From an uncultured bacterium (GTDB taxonomy: Bacteria > Krumholzibacteriota > Krumholzibacteriia > LZORAL124-64-63), in the NCBI GenBank assembly GCA_963732385.1, contig CAVSZB010000008.1:384001-448000 (forward strand): a stretch of 64,000 bases of DNA, read 5' to 3'. Every line of letters starts with the position of its first letter. Within the stretch, counting starts at the first letter, position 1. Both the position numbers and the translations under genes were made by a program. The notes under the pieces are model-generated. The model did not search any database. It was given only the letters and a program-made list of their open reading frames with translations, and was not told where the DNA came from. Shown here piece by piece: positions 19,585-29,288 of this stretch.

Positions 19585-21888
19585 TCAGGGTATTACTTCG
19601 AGGGAGAAGATGTCACCCGGCTCGATGGCGTCGACAACGTGCATGCCGCGCACGACCCGGCCGACCGCCGTGTAGCGGCCGGTCAGGTGCGGTTGCGGGG
19701 AATGGCAGACGAAGAACTGGCTGCCGCCCGTGTCGAGGCCGGAGTCGGCGATTCCGACCGTGCCGCGGTCGAACTGGGTCCGGTTGCGCTCGGAGCGCAG
19801 CGTGAATCCCGGCCCGCCCCAGCCGTCGCCGCGGGGGTCGCCTCCCTGGATGACGAAATCGGGCACGACGCGGTGGAACACCTGGTCGCGATAGAATCCC
19901 GCGCGCGTCAGTTGGACCAGCGCGGCGGCGGTGTTCGGGGCGCGGCGGCCGTCGAGCGCGATGATGAAGTCGCCGCGCCCGGTGACGCAGCGGAGGCGAG
20001 GAGCCTTGAACGGCGCGGCGAGTGGCGGCTGGCCCGCCGCGCGCAACGGGGTCGGCGCGGTGGCGCGCAGGCTCGCCTCGCCGGGGATCCGGGCGGGCGG
20101 CAGCAACCCGCTCGCCACGGCGGCGGCGCGCGCCTGCAGGCGCACGCGGGGGTCGGGAAGATCGAATCCCGCTTCGAGAGTCCGGACCACCAGCGGGCGC
20201 AGCGAGTCGGGCAGCGCCGGGGCGCCCGCAACGGTGCGCGCCGGCGCGGAGGCGGCGTCTCCGCCCGCGGCGGGTTGCAGGGCGCCGGCCCGGGCGGCCG
20301 CCTCGAGTCCGGCGTAGGCGCCGAGGCAAATGTCGTCGGCGCCCTCGCGGTCGCTGCGCAAAGTCGCCAGCAACCTGCACATGGCGTCGATCGCAGCGGG
20401 CGATGGAATCCGGCCCAGCTGCTCGGCGGCTGTCGCGGCGACGGCGAAATCGGCGTCGCCGAGGGCGGATCGCAAAACGGCGAGCGCTTCGTGGCGCAGC
20501 GCAGACGCCGCGACCGGAGGCAGCAACGTCGTCTGGCGCTGCCAGAGGGCGCCGATCGCCTCCAGAGCCGATTCGCGCACGATCAGCGGTCGGCCGGGCG
20601 CGGTGGCCGCGGCCAGGGCAGCGAGGGCGCCGGCATCGCCGCCCCGCCCGAGTCCCTGCGCGGCTGCCGCGACCACCTGTGGCGGGCTGGTCCCGTAGCC
20701 GGTCAGTACAGCGGTCAGTTCGCCCGTGGCCGCCGCGCCACGGAGTGCGCCCCGCGCCAGCAGGGCCGCCGCCCGGATCGGTGCGTCGGCATCACCGGTG
20801 CGCGCCAGCGCGGCGCGGGCCAGACGCAGGCGCCACACCGGCAGCAGACTCTCCCGGGTCGCGGCAGCGATCGGCAATTCCATCCGCTCGACCAGGGCCG
20901 CCATCGCCTCGAGCGCGGTGCGGGCGACCTGCGGGTCGTGGTCGCGGCTGCCGTCGGTCAGCTGGGAGGCCAGTCGTACGAAGTTCGGTTCGAGCGCGTC
21001 GGAGGCAGCTGCCGCGGCCAGCGCGTGGCCGCAACGTCCCAGCGCCCGCAGTTGCGCCACGCGCACGCGCGTGCGCGTGGCCGCCGGCAGGGTCAGCTCC
21101 TCCTCGCCGCTGTCGAGGATGGCTGCCAGCGCCGCCGGTGTCCCCTGGGCGCCGAGCGCGCGCAGCCCGTGCACGCGCACCTGCGGATCCCGGGCGCGCG
21201 CGTGACGCGCCACGGCCGCGGCCAGCCCCGAATCGGGTGCGGCCTTCTCGGCGCAGCGCAGGACGCGCCACAGCACGGGGAGTTCGCGGCGCGACAGCCC
21301 TTCCCGCAGCGCGAAACGCAGCGTGTCGGGCGCGAGCTCGGCGGCCCGCTCGCGCAGGCCGTCCCAGGCCGCGGCGGCCTCGTCGACGTTGGCCCGCAGC
21401 GCCGGACCGAGCAGCGGCAGGCCGCCGCCCGGGAGGCGGCCCAGCGCCTCGACGGTGGCCAGGCGCAGCGCGCGGTTGCGCGTGGCAAGGAGCCGGGTCA
21501 ACGGACCGACGCCCTGCGGACTGCCGGTGAAGCCGAGCGCCGCGGCTGCCTCGACGCGCACCGTGGCGCTGCGATCATCGAGGGCCCTGACCAGGCCGGT
21601 CACCGCGTCGTCCTGTCCGATGAGGCCGGCGGCCCGGGTCGAGGCCAGACGCACGTGCGCGTCGGGCGACACCAGGCAGCGGGCCAGCGAGTCGGCGTCG
21701 GCCAGCCGGCGGTCCTCCCAGCGGGCGATCGCCTGCAGGGCGGGGGCGCGGTCGGGGGGCGCGGAACAGCCCGTCGAAACGACGGCCGCCAGGCCGGAAA
21801 CCGTCAGCGCTACCGCGCGCCACCCGGCGCCGCAGGCCGGCGCACGACGCGGTGGACAGGGTGGTGCGGGCGGGATGGGCAGGGGCAT
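19585..21888 (-). CDS. HEAT-repeat lipoprotein with C-terminal cyclophilin-type PPIase
   Basis: Lipobox-like STGC, HEAT repeats (VR..AA.ALG), FHRVVPDFVIQGGDP...DTGGSQFF...PHLTGRYT. Confidence 0.9.
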   Translation of the reverse strand: MPLPIPPAPPCPPRRAPACGAGWRAVALTVSGLAAVVSTGCSAPPDRAPALQAIARWEDRRLADADSLARCLVSPDAHVRLASTRAAGLIGQDDAVTGLVRALDDRSATVRVEAAAALGFTGSPQGVGPLTRLLATRNRALRLATVEALGRLPGGGLPLLGPALRANVDEAAAAWDGLRERAAELAPDTLRFALREGLSRRELPVLWRVLRCAEKAAPDSGLAAAVARHARARDPQVRVHGLRALGAQGTPAALAAILDSGEEELTLPAATRTRVRVAQLRALGRCGHALAAAAASDALEPNFVRLASQLTDGSRDHDPQVARTALEAMAALVERMELPIAAATRESLLPVWRLRLARAALARTGDADAPIRAAALLARGALRGAAATGELTAVLTGYGTSPPQVVAAAAQGLGRGGDAGALAALAAATAPGRPLIVRESALEAIGALWQRQTTLLPPVAASALRHEALAVLRSALGDADFAVAATAAEQLGRIPSPAAIDAMCRLLATLRSDREGADDICLGAYAGLEAAARAGALQPAAGGDAASAPARTVAGAPALPDSLRPLVVRTLEAGFDLPDPRVRLQARAAAVASGLLPPARIPGEASLRATAPTPLRAAGQPPLAAPFKAPRLRCVTGRGDFIIALDGRRAPNTAAALVQLTRAGFYRDQVFHRVVPDFVIQGGDPRGDGWGGPGFTLRSERNRTQFDRGTVGIADSGLDTGGSQFFVCHSPQPHLTGRYTAVGRVVRGMHVVDAIEPGDIFSLEVIP

Positions 21889-21969
21889 GACTTTCCTCCG
21901 TGGACAGCGGGCGTCGGCGGCGCGACGTTACCACCGGTCGCGGCGACTGTCCATGTCGGGGAGGCCGCT

Positions 21970-21998
21970 TTGACCGCCCGGAGCCGGTTTGTTACCAT
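21970..21998 (+). promoter_or_regulatory. Putative sigma70 promoter for the asd operon
   Basis: TTGACC-17 nt-TACCAT with TG extension. Confidence 0.55.
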
Positions 21999-22038
21999 GC
22001 CTGCGCGTCGGACGATCCGGCGCGGACAGGGGAGGGGC

Positions 22039-23103
22039 ATGCGCACCGCGATTCTCGGCGCGACCGGTCTGGTCGGACGCGTCATGCTGCGACTGCTGGA
22101 GGCGCGGGCGTGGGTCGATGACCCGCCGCTGCTGCTGGCCAGCGCACGGTCGGCCGGAGCGGAACTGCCTTTCCGCGGCGGGCGCCTCGTCGTGCGCAAC
22201 GCGGCTGCGGCCGACCTGGAGGGGATCCGCCTGGCGCTGTTCTCCGCCGGCGGCGCCGTGAGCCGGGAGTACGCGCCCCGCTTCGCGGCCGTCGGCGCCT
22301 GGGTCGTGGACAACTCCTCGGCGTACCGGATGGACGCGGCCGTGCCGCTCGTGGTGCCGGAGGTCAACCCGGGGCTGGTGCCCCGTCTGGACCTTGACGC
22401 GCCGGAACGGGGCGGCATCATCGCCAACCCCAACTGCTCCACCATCCAGGTCGCCGTGCCGCTGGCGGCGTTGCATGCGGCGGGTGGCCTGCGCGAGGTG
22501 CAGGTGACGACCCTGCAGGCGGTCTCGGGCGCAGGCCGGCTGGCGGTGGAAGAGCTCGCGCGACAGCTGCCGGGACAGCTGACGCGGGCCGCGCGCCTGA
22601 CGGCCGGCGATCTGTTCGATGACGCGGACCCGGGCGCCGGCGCAGTGCTGCCGCGCCGGATCGCCGGGAACGTGGTGCCGCGGATCGGGGCCGCGCTGCC
22701 CGACGGCTCGTTCGAGGAGGAGGCCAAGGTCGTGCGGGAACTGCGCAGGATCCTCGACCTGCCGGCACTGGCCGTCAGCTGCACCGCCACGCGCGTGCCG
22801 GTGTGGAACGGCCACAGCGCCGCGGTGCGCGTCGTGCTGGCGCGCCCGCTGACGCTCGAGGCGGCGCGCCGCGCGATGGTCGCCGCCGGTGGCGTCGAGG
22901 TCGACCCCTCGCCGCACGGCTACACGACGCCGGCGGAAGCGAGCGGCGACGGGGCGATCCGGGTCGGACGGCTGCGCCACGATCCCGATCGCGCCGAGGC
23001 GCTGCTGTTCTGGGTCGTGGCCGACAATCTGCTCAAGGGGGCGGCGCTCAACGCCGTCCAGATCGCGGACCTGCTCGCGGGCGCGCCGGCGCCGGCGCGG
23101 TGA
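22039..23103 (+). CDS. asd: Aspartate-semialdehyde dehydrogenase
   Basis: GATGLVG, VDNSSAYRM, IIANPNCST, QAVSGAG, ADNLLKGAALNAVQ. Confidence 0.95.
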   Translation: MRTAILGATGLVGRVMLRLLEARAWVDDPPLLLASARSAGAELPFRGGRLVVRNAAAADLEGIRLALFSAGGAVSREYAPRFAAVGAWVVDNSSAYRMDAAVPLVVPEVNPGLVPRLDLDAPERGGIIANPNCSTIQVAVPLAALHAAGGLREVQVTTLQAVSGAGRLAVEELARQLPGQLTRAARLTAGDLFDDADPGAGAVLPRRIAGNVVPRIGAALPDGSFEEEAKVVRELRRILDLPALAVSCTATRVPVWNGHSAAVRVVLARPLTLEAARRAMVAAGGVEVDPSPHGYTTPAEASGDGAIRVGRLRHDPDRAEALLFWVVADNLLKGAALNAVQIADLLAGAPAPAR

Positions 23104-23873
23104 TTCCGGCCGTGGTCGCGGCGCCGGACCGGACCTGGTGGCTGGCCAGGCTCCACCCCGCCACGCGTCTGGCCGCTCTCCCGCTCGCGGTGATCACCTG
23201 CCTGGCGGCGCCGGCCTGGCTGCTGCCGCTGTTGCTGCCGCTGGTCGTCGTCGCGCTGCGGCGCGGCGGCCTGCCGTGGGGCGCGCAGTGGCGGGCTCTG
23301 GTTCCCTGGTGGCCGGTCGCCGGGCTCGTGATTGCGATCCACGTCTTCACCACCGTGTCGGCGGCGCCGCCGGGCCACCCCTCGTGGACCGGAGCGGGGC
23401 GCGGCGTGGCCGCCGTGGCGCGCGTGATCGCGTCGCTGCTCTGCCTGCGGCTCTTCGCGCGTGTCCTGGCCCTGGGCGATCTGGTGGCGGCGCTGGCGTG
23501 GTGGGGCCTCGGCCGTTTCGGCGATCGGGGCGTCGTCACGCGGCTGGGGGTCGTGCTCGCGGTGGCCGCGGGCGCCGCTCCGGCGGTGGTGACCGAAGGA
23601 CGAAGGGTCACGGCCGCCCTGCGTCTGCGCCAGGGTCGACCGGCGACGGGCGGTCCCGCGCGGCGGTGGTGGCGGCGCGCGGTGGAGACGACCCGCCTGC
23701 CGCTGCCGCTGATCGAGGGGCTGTTCAGGCGGGCCGAGGCGCTTACGCTGTCGCTGCGCGGACGGTTGCCGCACCCGGCTCAGCTCGGGCCGCCTCCCTG
23801 GCGCCAGCTCGCCGTGCTGGCGGTCTGGCTGGGCGCGCTGGTGGCGCTGGCGTTCTGGCGGGGGAGGCTGTAG
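23100..23873 (+). CDS. Divergent ECF transporter T component (CbiQ/EcfT-like)
   Basis: WLARLHPATRL start, TM helices, ALRLR and RRAEALTLSLRGR Arg motifs; adjacent to truA. Confidence 0.6.
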   Translation: MIPAVVAAPDRTWWLARLHPATRLAALPLAVITCLAAPAWLLPLLLPLVVVALRRGGLPWGAQWRALVPWWPVAGLVIAIHVFTTVSAAPPGHPSWTGAGRGVAAVARVIASLLCLRLFARVLALGDLVAALAWWGLGRFGDRGVVTRLGVVLAVAAGAAPAVVTEGRRVTAALRLRQGRPATGGPARRWWRRAVETTRLPLPLIEGLFRRAEALTLSLRGRLPHPAQLGPPPWRQLAVLAVWLGALVALAFWRGRL

Positions 23874-24748
23874 TGGACGGTGAGGTTTCCGGCGGATTTC
23901 CGCGGTCTGACGCCGGCGAGCCTCCGGGCGGGTGCCGCGTGCGTCTCGACCTGGCCTACGATGGCGCCGGGTTCCACGGCTGGCAGGTCCAGCCGGGACT
24001 GCGCACGGTGCAGGGGGAACTTGCCGTCATGCTCGCGCGGTTGCTGCGGCGCGAAATCGTGCCGGTCGGGGCCGGCCGCACCGACGCCGGCGTCCACGCC
24101 CGGGGGCAGGTCTGCAGCTTCCCGGTCCGCGACGACCGCGAATTCGCGCGCCTGCGGGAGCATCTGGCCCGCATCGCGCCGCCCGACCTGCAACTGCTCA
24201 CCGTGCGCGCGGTCTCGCCCCTGTTCAGCGCCCGCTTCAGCGCCACGGCGCGTCGCTACAGCTATCACCTGCTGCTGCGCCCCGACATTTTTCGCGCGCG
24301 CTTCGCGGTCTTCGTGCCGGGCCGGCTCGACCGCGCCGCGATGGACGCCGCCGCGGCGCATTTTTCGGGAACCCGCGACTTCACCAGTTTTTGCAAACGG
24401 CAGTCGCTGCGTCCGGAGGGGGAAAACATCTGCACCGTGGATCGCTGCGGCTTTGAATGGACGGAGGATTCCGCTATCCTTCAGGTGCGAGCGGACCACT
24501 TCCTGCACAATATGGTGCGCGCCATCACCGGCACGCTGGTCGAGGTGGGTCTGGGGCGGCGCCGTCCGGACGACGTGCCGCTGATCCTGGCCGCCCGTGA
24601 CCGCGCCCGCGCGGGTCGGACGATGCCGGCGCACGGCCTGTTCCTGGACGAAGTGAGTTACCCGGCGGCTTTGCTCGACCCCCATCACGCAAGCACGACC
24701 GCGTCGGACGGGGCTGATCGCCCGCCGGCGCGGGAGGAGGGATCATGA
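23873..24748 (+). CDS. truA: tRNA pseudouridine(38-40) synthase
   Basis: [43 protein letters not shown]. Confidence 0.96.
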   Translation: MDGEVSGGFPRSDAGEPPGGCRVRLDLAYDGAGFHGWQVQPGLRTVQGELAVMLARLLRREIVPVGAGRTDAGVHARGQVCSFPVRDDREFARLREHLARIAPPDLQLLTVRAVSPLFSARFSATARRYSYHLLLRPDIFRARFAVFVPGRLDRAAMDAAAAHFSGTRDFTSFCKRQSLRPEGENICTVDRCGFEWTEDSAILQVRADHFLHNMVRAITGTLVEVGLGRRRPDDVPLILAARDRARAGRTMPAHGLFLDEVSYPAALLDPHHASTTASDGADRPPAREEGS

Positions 24749-25398
24749 AATTCTTCATCGACACGGCGAATCTGGACGCGATCCGCGAGGCGAAGGCGAT
24801 GGGGGTGCTCGACGGCGTCACCACGAATCCCAGTCTCATGGCCGCGGAAGGACGTCGCGACACCGATGCTCTGCTCAGGGAGATCTGTGAACTGGTGCAG
24901 GGGCCGGTCAGCGGCGAGGTCGTGGCCACGGACGCCGCCGGCATGATTGCCGAGGGACGGCGGCTGGCGAAGCTGAGCAAGCATCTCGTCGTGAAGGTCC
25001 CGATCACGGTCGATGGCCTGCGTGCGGTGAGCGCTTTGGCCGCTGACGGCATCGCGGTCAACGCCACGCTCTGCTTTTCCGCCTCGCAGGCGTTGCTGGT
25101 GGCGAAGGCGGGCGCCGCGTATGTGTCGCCGTTCGTCGGGCGTCTCGATGATGTCAGCGAGGACGGCCTGGCGCTGATCGAGGATATCGTCACGATCTAC
25201 GCCAACTACGACTTCGCCACCGAGGTGATCGTGGCGAGCATCCGCCATCCGCGGCACGTGGTCGAAGCGGCGTTGCTCGGCGCGCACGTGGCGACCATCC
25301 CGCCGAAGGTGATCCGCCAGCTGTTGTCCCATCCGCTGACCGACCGCGGACTCGACACCTTCCTGGCCGACTGGCGCAAGCTTCAGGGAGAGAAATGA
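24745..25398 (+). CDS. fsa: Transaldolase / fructose-6-phosphate aldolase (MipB/TalC family)
   Basis: [33 protein letters not shown]. Confidence 0.93.
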   Translation: MKFFIDTANLDAIREAKAMGVLDGVTTNPSLMAAEGRRDTDALLREICELVQGPVSGEVVATDAAGMIAEGRRLAKLSKHLVVKVPITVDGLRAVSALAADGIAVNATLCFSASQALLVAKAGAAYVSPFVGRLDDVSEDGLALIEDIVTIYANYDFATEVIVASIRHPRHVVEAALLGAHVATIPPKVIRQLLSHPLTDRGLDTFLADWRKLQGEK

Positions 25399-26648
25399 TG
25401 AACGGACGGAGGGTGCCGGTCTGGACCGGGATCGTCATCGGCCTGCTCTTCGGCCTGCTCGTGGGGGCGGGCTGGCTGTTCGTGCGGGAGCGCACCTTCC
25501 AGCCGACGGTCGTCCCGGCGCAGGATCGGGTGTCGTCTCCGGCGAACGACAGCACCGGCGGGGGGGGCGCGACGCCGGCGCCACCGGTCGTGGCGTCGAC
25601 GCCCCGCGAGGATCTCGGGTCCGACCGCCGCAACGCTGTCGTGCGCGCCACCGAGGGGGTGGCGCCGGCGGTGGTCAGCATCAACGTGATCGCGTACCAG
25701 ACGTACCGGCAGAGCACGGCGCCTCCCGGCTACGAATTCTGGGATCGCTTCTATCCGGGCCTGTTCCCGAGCCAGGTCGTGCGGCGGCCGGTCCAGGCGC
25801 TCGGTTCGGGGTTCATCGTCTCGTCCGACGGCTACGTGATCACCAATAACCACGTGGTGGAAGGGGCGGACGAGCTGGTCGCCACGCTCTCGGACGGTCG
25901 CCAGTTCAAGGCCCGGGTGCTCGAGACGGTGCCCAACTACGATCTCGCGCTCGTGAAGATCGAGGGCGAGAACCTGCCGGTGGCGCGGCTGGCCGCATCC
26001 CGGCGCCTGTACATCGGCGAGTGGGCGATCGCGATCGGTTCGCCGTTCGGCTATCTGCTGGCCGACACCCAGCCCACCGTCACGGTCGGCGTGATCAGTG
26101 CGCTCAACCGCGACATCAAGCGCACCGAGGGCGAACAGCGCAACTTCCTCGGCATGATCCAGACCGACGCCGCGATCAACCCCGGCAACAGCGGCGGTCC
26201 GCTCGTCAACGCCGCCGGCGAAGTCGTCGGCATCAACACGTTCATCTTCTCGCGCAGTGGCGGGAGCGAAGGGATCGGCTTCGCCATTCCGATCGAACGG
26301 GCCAACTGGCTGATCCGCGAGGTGCGCGAGTACGGTCGTTTCCGCCAGCCGTGGTACGGGTTGGGGGTGCAGAAGCTCTCCCCGAACCTCATGCGCTCGC
26401 TCAATCTGCAGGATCCGGTCGGTTTCCTCGTGCAGAACGTGGAGGCCGGCTCGCCGGCGGAGCGGGCGGGGCTGCGGCCGGGCGACATCCTCCGGGCGAT
26501 CAACGGCGTGTCGCTCAAGGATCTCGACACGGTCGGACGCCTGATCTACGAGGCGCGGGTCGGCGATCGTCTCGCCTACCGCGCGGAACGCGACGGGCAG
26601 CGCCTGGACGGGACCATCACCCTCGAGGAGACGCGGCGCGGGCGCTGA
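25395..26648 (+). CDS. HtrA/DegS-like trypsin protease with one PDZ domain
   Basis: [30 protein letters not shown]-terminal PDZ ([12 protein letters not shown]). Confidence 0.94.
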   Translation: MMNGRRVPVWTGIVIGLLFGLLVGAGWLFVRERTFQPTVVPAQDRVSSPANDSTGGGGATPAPPVVASTPREDLGSDRRNAVVRATEGVAPAVVSINVIAYQTYRQSTAPPGYEFWDRFYPGLFPSQVVRRPVQALGSGFIVSSDGYVITNNHVVEGADELVATLSDGRQFKARVLETVPNYDLALVKIEGENLPVARLAASRRLYIGEWAIAIGSPFGYLLADTQPTVTVGVISALNRDIKRTEGEQRNFLGMIQTDAAINPGNSGGPLVNAAGEVVGINTFIFSRSGGSEGIGFAIPIERANWLIREVREYGRFRQPWYGLGVQKLSPNLMRSLNLQDPVGFLVQNVEAGSPAERAGLRPGDILRAINGVSLKDLDTVGRLIYEARVGDRLAYRAERDGQRLDGTITLEETRRGR

Positions 26649-26678
26649 ACGGCGGCTGCCGCGGCCAGAGCCGGCCGG

Positions 26679-26707
26679 TTGTCGGCGGGGCGGAAATGCG
26701 GTAGAAT
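26679..26707 (+). promoter_or_regulatory. Putative sigma70 promoter of the tandem protease genes
   Basis: TTGTCG-17 nt-TAGAAT. Confidence 0.45.
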
Positions 26708-26771
26708 GAAGGCGGGCTTTCTTCGCCCTGCACCCGCTATTCGAGCATCAGCCGCCGAGGAAGGTCCATAG

Positions 26772-29288
26772 ATGCCCCTGCCGCCTGGTTTCGCGAGCCG
26801 TCCGGCGGGAGTATCCGGCGGTGTGCTTCTGGCTCTGCTGGCCCTGTCGGTGATCTCTGCCGCGGCGCCGGCGTTGGCCGCGCCGGCGTCGATCGACGCT
26901 TTGCCGGCCGCCCTGACCCACACCCTGCGCCCGCTTTCGGGGGTGCCGCGGCATGAGGCGCCGACGCCCGATCTGCCGGCCCTCGCGGCCGACGACGCGC
27001 GGCGCGAGCGCGACGGGCTGCCGCCCCGGTTCGCAGTGCCGTCGGCGACGGCGCTCACGCCCGACAACGCCGGCGTCTGGGAGCCGCTCGATGCCCAGCA
27101 TCAGTTGTGGCGTCTGCGGATCGCCGCCCCCGGCGCCGTATCTCTGAACCTCGGTTTCACGCAGTTCCGTCTCCCCCGGGGGGGGCGTCTCTGCCTCTAC
27201 CCGGCGTCCGATCCCGCCGGTGCCGTGATTTTTACCGACGCCGACAACGAAGAGCACGGCCAGCTCTGGACGCCGGTCGTTGCGGGCGACGATCTCGTGG
27301 TGGAATTGACGCTTCACGCCACCACGCTCGCCGACTACAGGCTCGAAATCGGTTCCGTGAACGTCGGCTATCGCGACTTCGGTCGGATCGCGCCGGACAA
27401 ATCCGGCACCTGCAACATCGACGTGGTCTGCCCCGAGGGCGATCCGTGGCGGGACGAGATCCAGTCGGTGGGGGTCATCTCTACCGGCGGCTCCACCTTC
27501 TGCACCGGCTTCATGGTCAACAACACGGCGCAGGACGCGAAGCCGTACTTCATGACCGCGAACCACTGCGGCGTCACCGCGCTCAACGCGCCGTCGCTGG
27601 TCGTGTACTGGAACTTCCAGAGCCCGACCTGCGGCCTGCAGGGGGGCGGTTCGCTGGCCAGTTTCCAGACCGGCTCGTTCTTCCGCGCCACCTACGCCAC
27701 CTCCGACTTCACGCTCGTCGAGCTGGACGACGCGCCCGCGCCGGCGTGGAACGTCACCTTCGCCGGCTGGGACCGGACGGCGGTCAATCCGACGCGGGGC
27801 ACCGCCATCCACCATCCGAACACCGACGAGAAGAGCATCAGTTTCGAGAACGACCCGCTGCAGACGACCACCTACCTCAGCACCGTCAGCCCCGGCGATG
27901 GCTCGCACCTGCGCGTGGTGGACTGGGATCTGGGCACGACGGAACCGGGTTCCTCCGGCTCCCCGCTCTTCGACCAGAACCACCACGTCGTCGGACAACT
28001 CCATGGCGGCTTTGCCGCGTGCGGCAACAACGAGTCCGACTGGTACGGCTGCTTCGCCGTCTCCTGGGCCGGCGCGGGCGCCGACACAGCGCGCCTGAGC
28101 AACTGGCTCGACCCGCTCAGCACCGACCAGAAGACGCTCGGTCTGTATGCGCCTTACGCGGTCGGCCTGCGGGTCCTGCCGGGCGACGGTCTGGCTTCGG
28201 CGGGTCCGCTGGGGGGGCCGTTCACGCCCGACTCGCTGGTCTACACCCTGACCAATCCCGGCACTGCCGATCTTGTCTGGCGGGCGAGCCATGGCGCCGG
28301 CTGGGCCACCGTCAGCCCCGACAACGGAATCATCCCGGTCGCCGGCGCGGTGTCGGTGACCGTGGCGCTGAACGCCTTCGCCGAGTTGCTGCCCGCGGGG
28401 GTCTGGGCCGACACGGTCAGCTTCGTCAACGAAACCGACCACCTCGGAGACCAGCAGCGGTCGGTGTCGATCCAGGTCGGCAGTCCCACGCTGGTCTACG
28501 ACTGGCCGCTCGACACCAACCCCGGCTGGACGATGGAGGGGCAGTGGGCCTTCGGCGTTCCCCTGGGCGTGGCCGGCTCCTACGGTCCTCCCGACCCGAC
28601 GTCGGGTCACACCGGTACGAACGTGCTCGGTTACAATCTGGCCGGCACCTACGCCAGCGATCTGCCCGAGACGCACCTGACGAGCCCGGGGCTCGACTGC
28701 AGCGGGATGCGCTCGGTCATCCTGCGCTACTGGCGCTGGCTCGGGGTGGAGCAGCCGGCGTATGATCACGCCTCGTTGCGCGCGAGCGCCGACGGCGTGA
28801 ACTGGACGACCGTCTGGGAGAACGGCAGCCAGATCGCCGACAGCGGCTGGGTGCTGCAGGAGTTCGACATCTCTGCGGTGGCGGCGCGTCAGCCGGCCGT
28901 GCGGCTGCGGTGGACCATGGGCGCCACCGACAGCGATTGGGACTACTGCGGCTGGAACCTCGACGACATCTCGGTCTGGGGCTTCCCGCTCGATCCTGAC
29001 GATCCTCCGGCGCGCACGGCGCTCCTGGACAATATCCCCAACCCGTTCAACCTGCTGACCGAGGTGGTTTTCGATCTGGCCCGGTCCGGCCCGGTCCGCC
29101 TGACGGTGCACGATGTGCGCGGGCGGCTCGTGCGCGTGCTGCGGGACGGCTCGCTGGAGGCCGGTCGCCATACGGAACGTTGGGACGGTCGCGACGCCGC
29201 CGGTCGCGAGGTCGCCAGCGGAACCTATCTGCTGCGGCTCGAGACCGCCGACACCCGGGATGAGCGCAAGCTGGCGCGCGTGCGCTGA
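26772..29288 (+). CDS. Secreted lysyl-endopeptidase-like S1 protease with Ig/beta-sandwich domains and FlgD-Ig CTD (copy 1)
   Basis: Propeptide, SGTCNIDVVC, TANHC, SDFTL, TEPGSSGSPL, GQLHGG as in the Achromobacter protease I family; NIPNPFN CTD. Confidence 0.9.
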   Translation: MPLPPGFASRPAGVSGGVLLALLALSVISAAAPALAAPASIDALPAALTHTLRPLSGVPRHEAPTPDLPALAADDARRERDGLPPRFAVPSATALTPDNAGVWEPLDAQHQLWRLRIAAPGAVSLNLGFTQFRLPRGGRLCLYPASDPAGAVIFTDADNEEHGQLWTPVVAGDDLVVELTLHATTLADYRLEIGSVNVGYRDFGRIAPDKSGTCNIDVVCPEGDPWRDEIQSVGVISTGGSTFCTGFMVNNTAQDAKPYFMTANHCGVTALNAPSLVVYWNFQSPTCGLQGGGSLASFQTGSFFRATYATSDFTLVELDDAPAPAWNVTFAGWDRTAVNPTRGTAIHHPNTDEKSISFENDPLQTTTYLSTVSPGDGSHLRVVDWDLGTTEPGSSGSPLFDQNHHVVGQLHGGFAACGNNESDWYGCFAVSWAGAGADTARLSNWLDPLSTDQKTLGLYAPYAVGLRVLPGDGLASAGPLGGPFTPDSLVYTLTNPGTADLVWRASHGAGWATVSPDNGIIPVAGAVSVTVALNAFAELLPAGVWADTVSFVNETDHLGDQQRSVSIQVGSPTLVYDWPLDTNPGWTMEGQWAFGVPLGVAGSYGPPDPTSGHTGTNVLGYNLAGTYASDLPETHLTSPGLDCSGMRSVILRYWRWLGVEQPAYDHASLRASADGVNWTTVWENGSQIADSGWVLQEFDISAVAARQPAVRLRWTMGATDSDWDYCGWNLDDISVWGFPLDPDDPPARTALLDNIPNPFNLLTEVVFDLARSGPVRLTVHDVRGRLVRVLRDGSLEAGRHTERWDGRDAAGREVASGTYLLRLETADTRDERKLARVR

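Noticed and set aside
19516..22038. 1195-aa ORF suggesting a giant N-terminal extension on Asd
   Set aside because: The upstream part is antisense shadow of the HEAT-cyclophilin gene; asd has its own promoter, RBS and ATG at 22039
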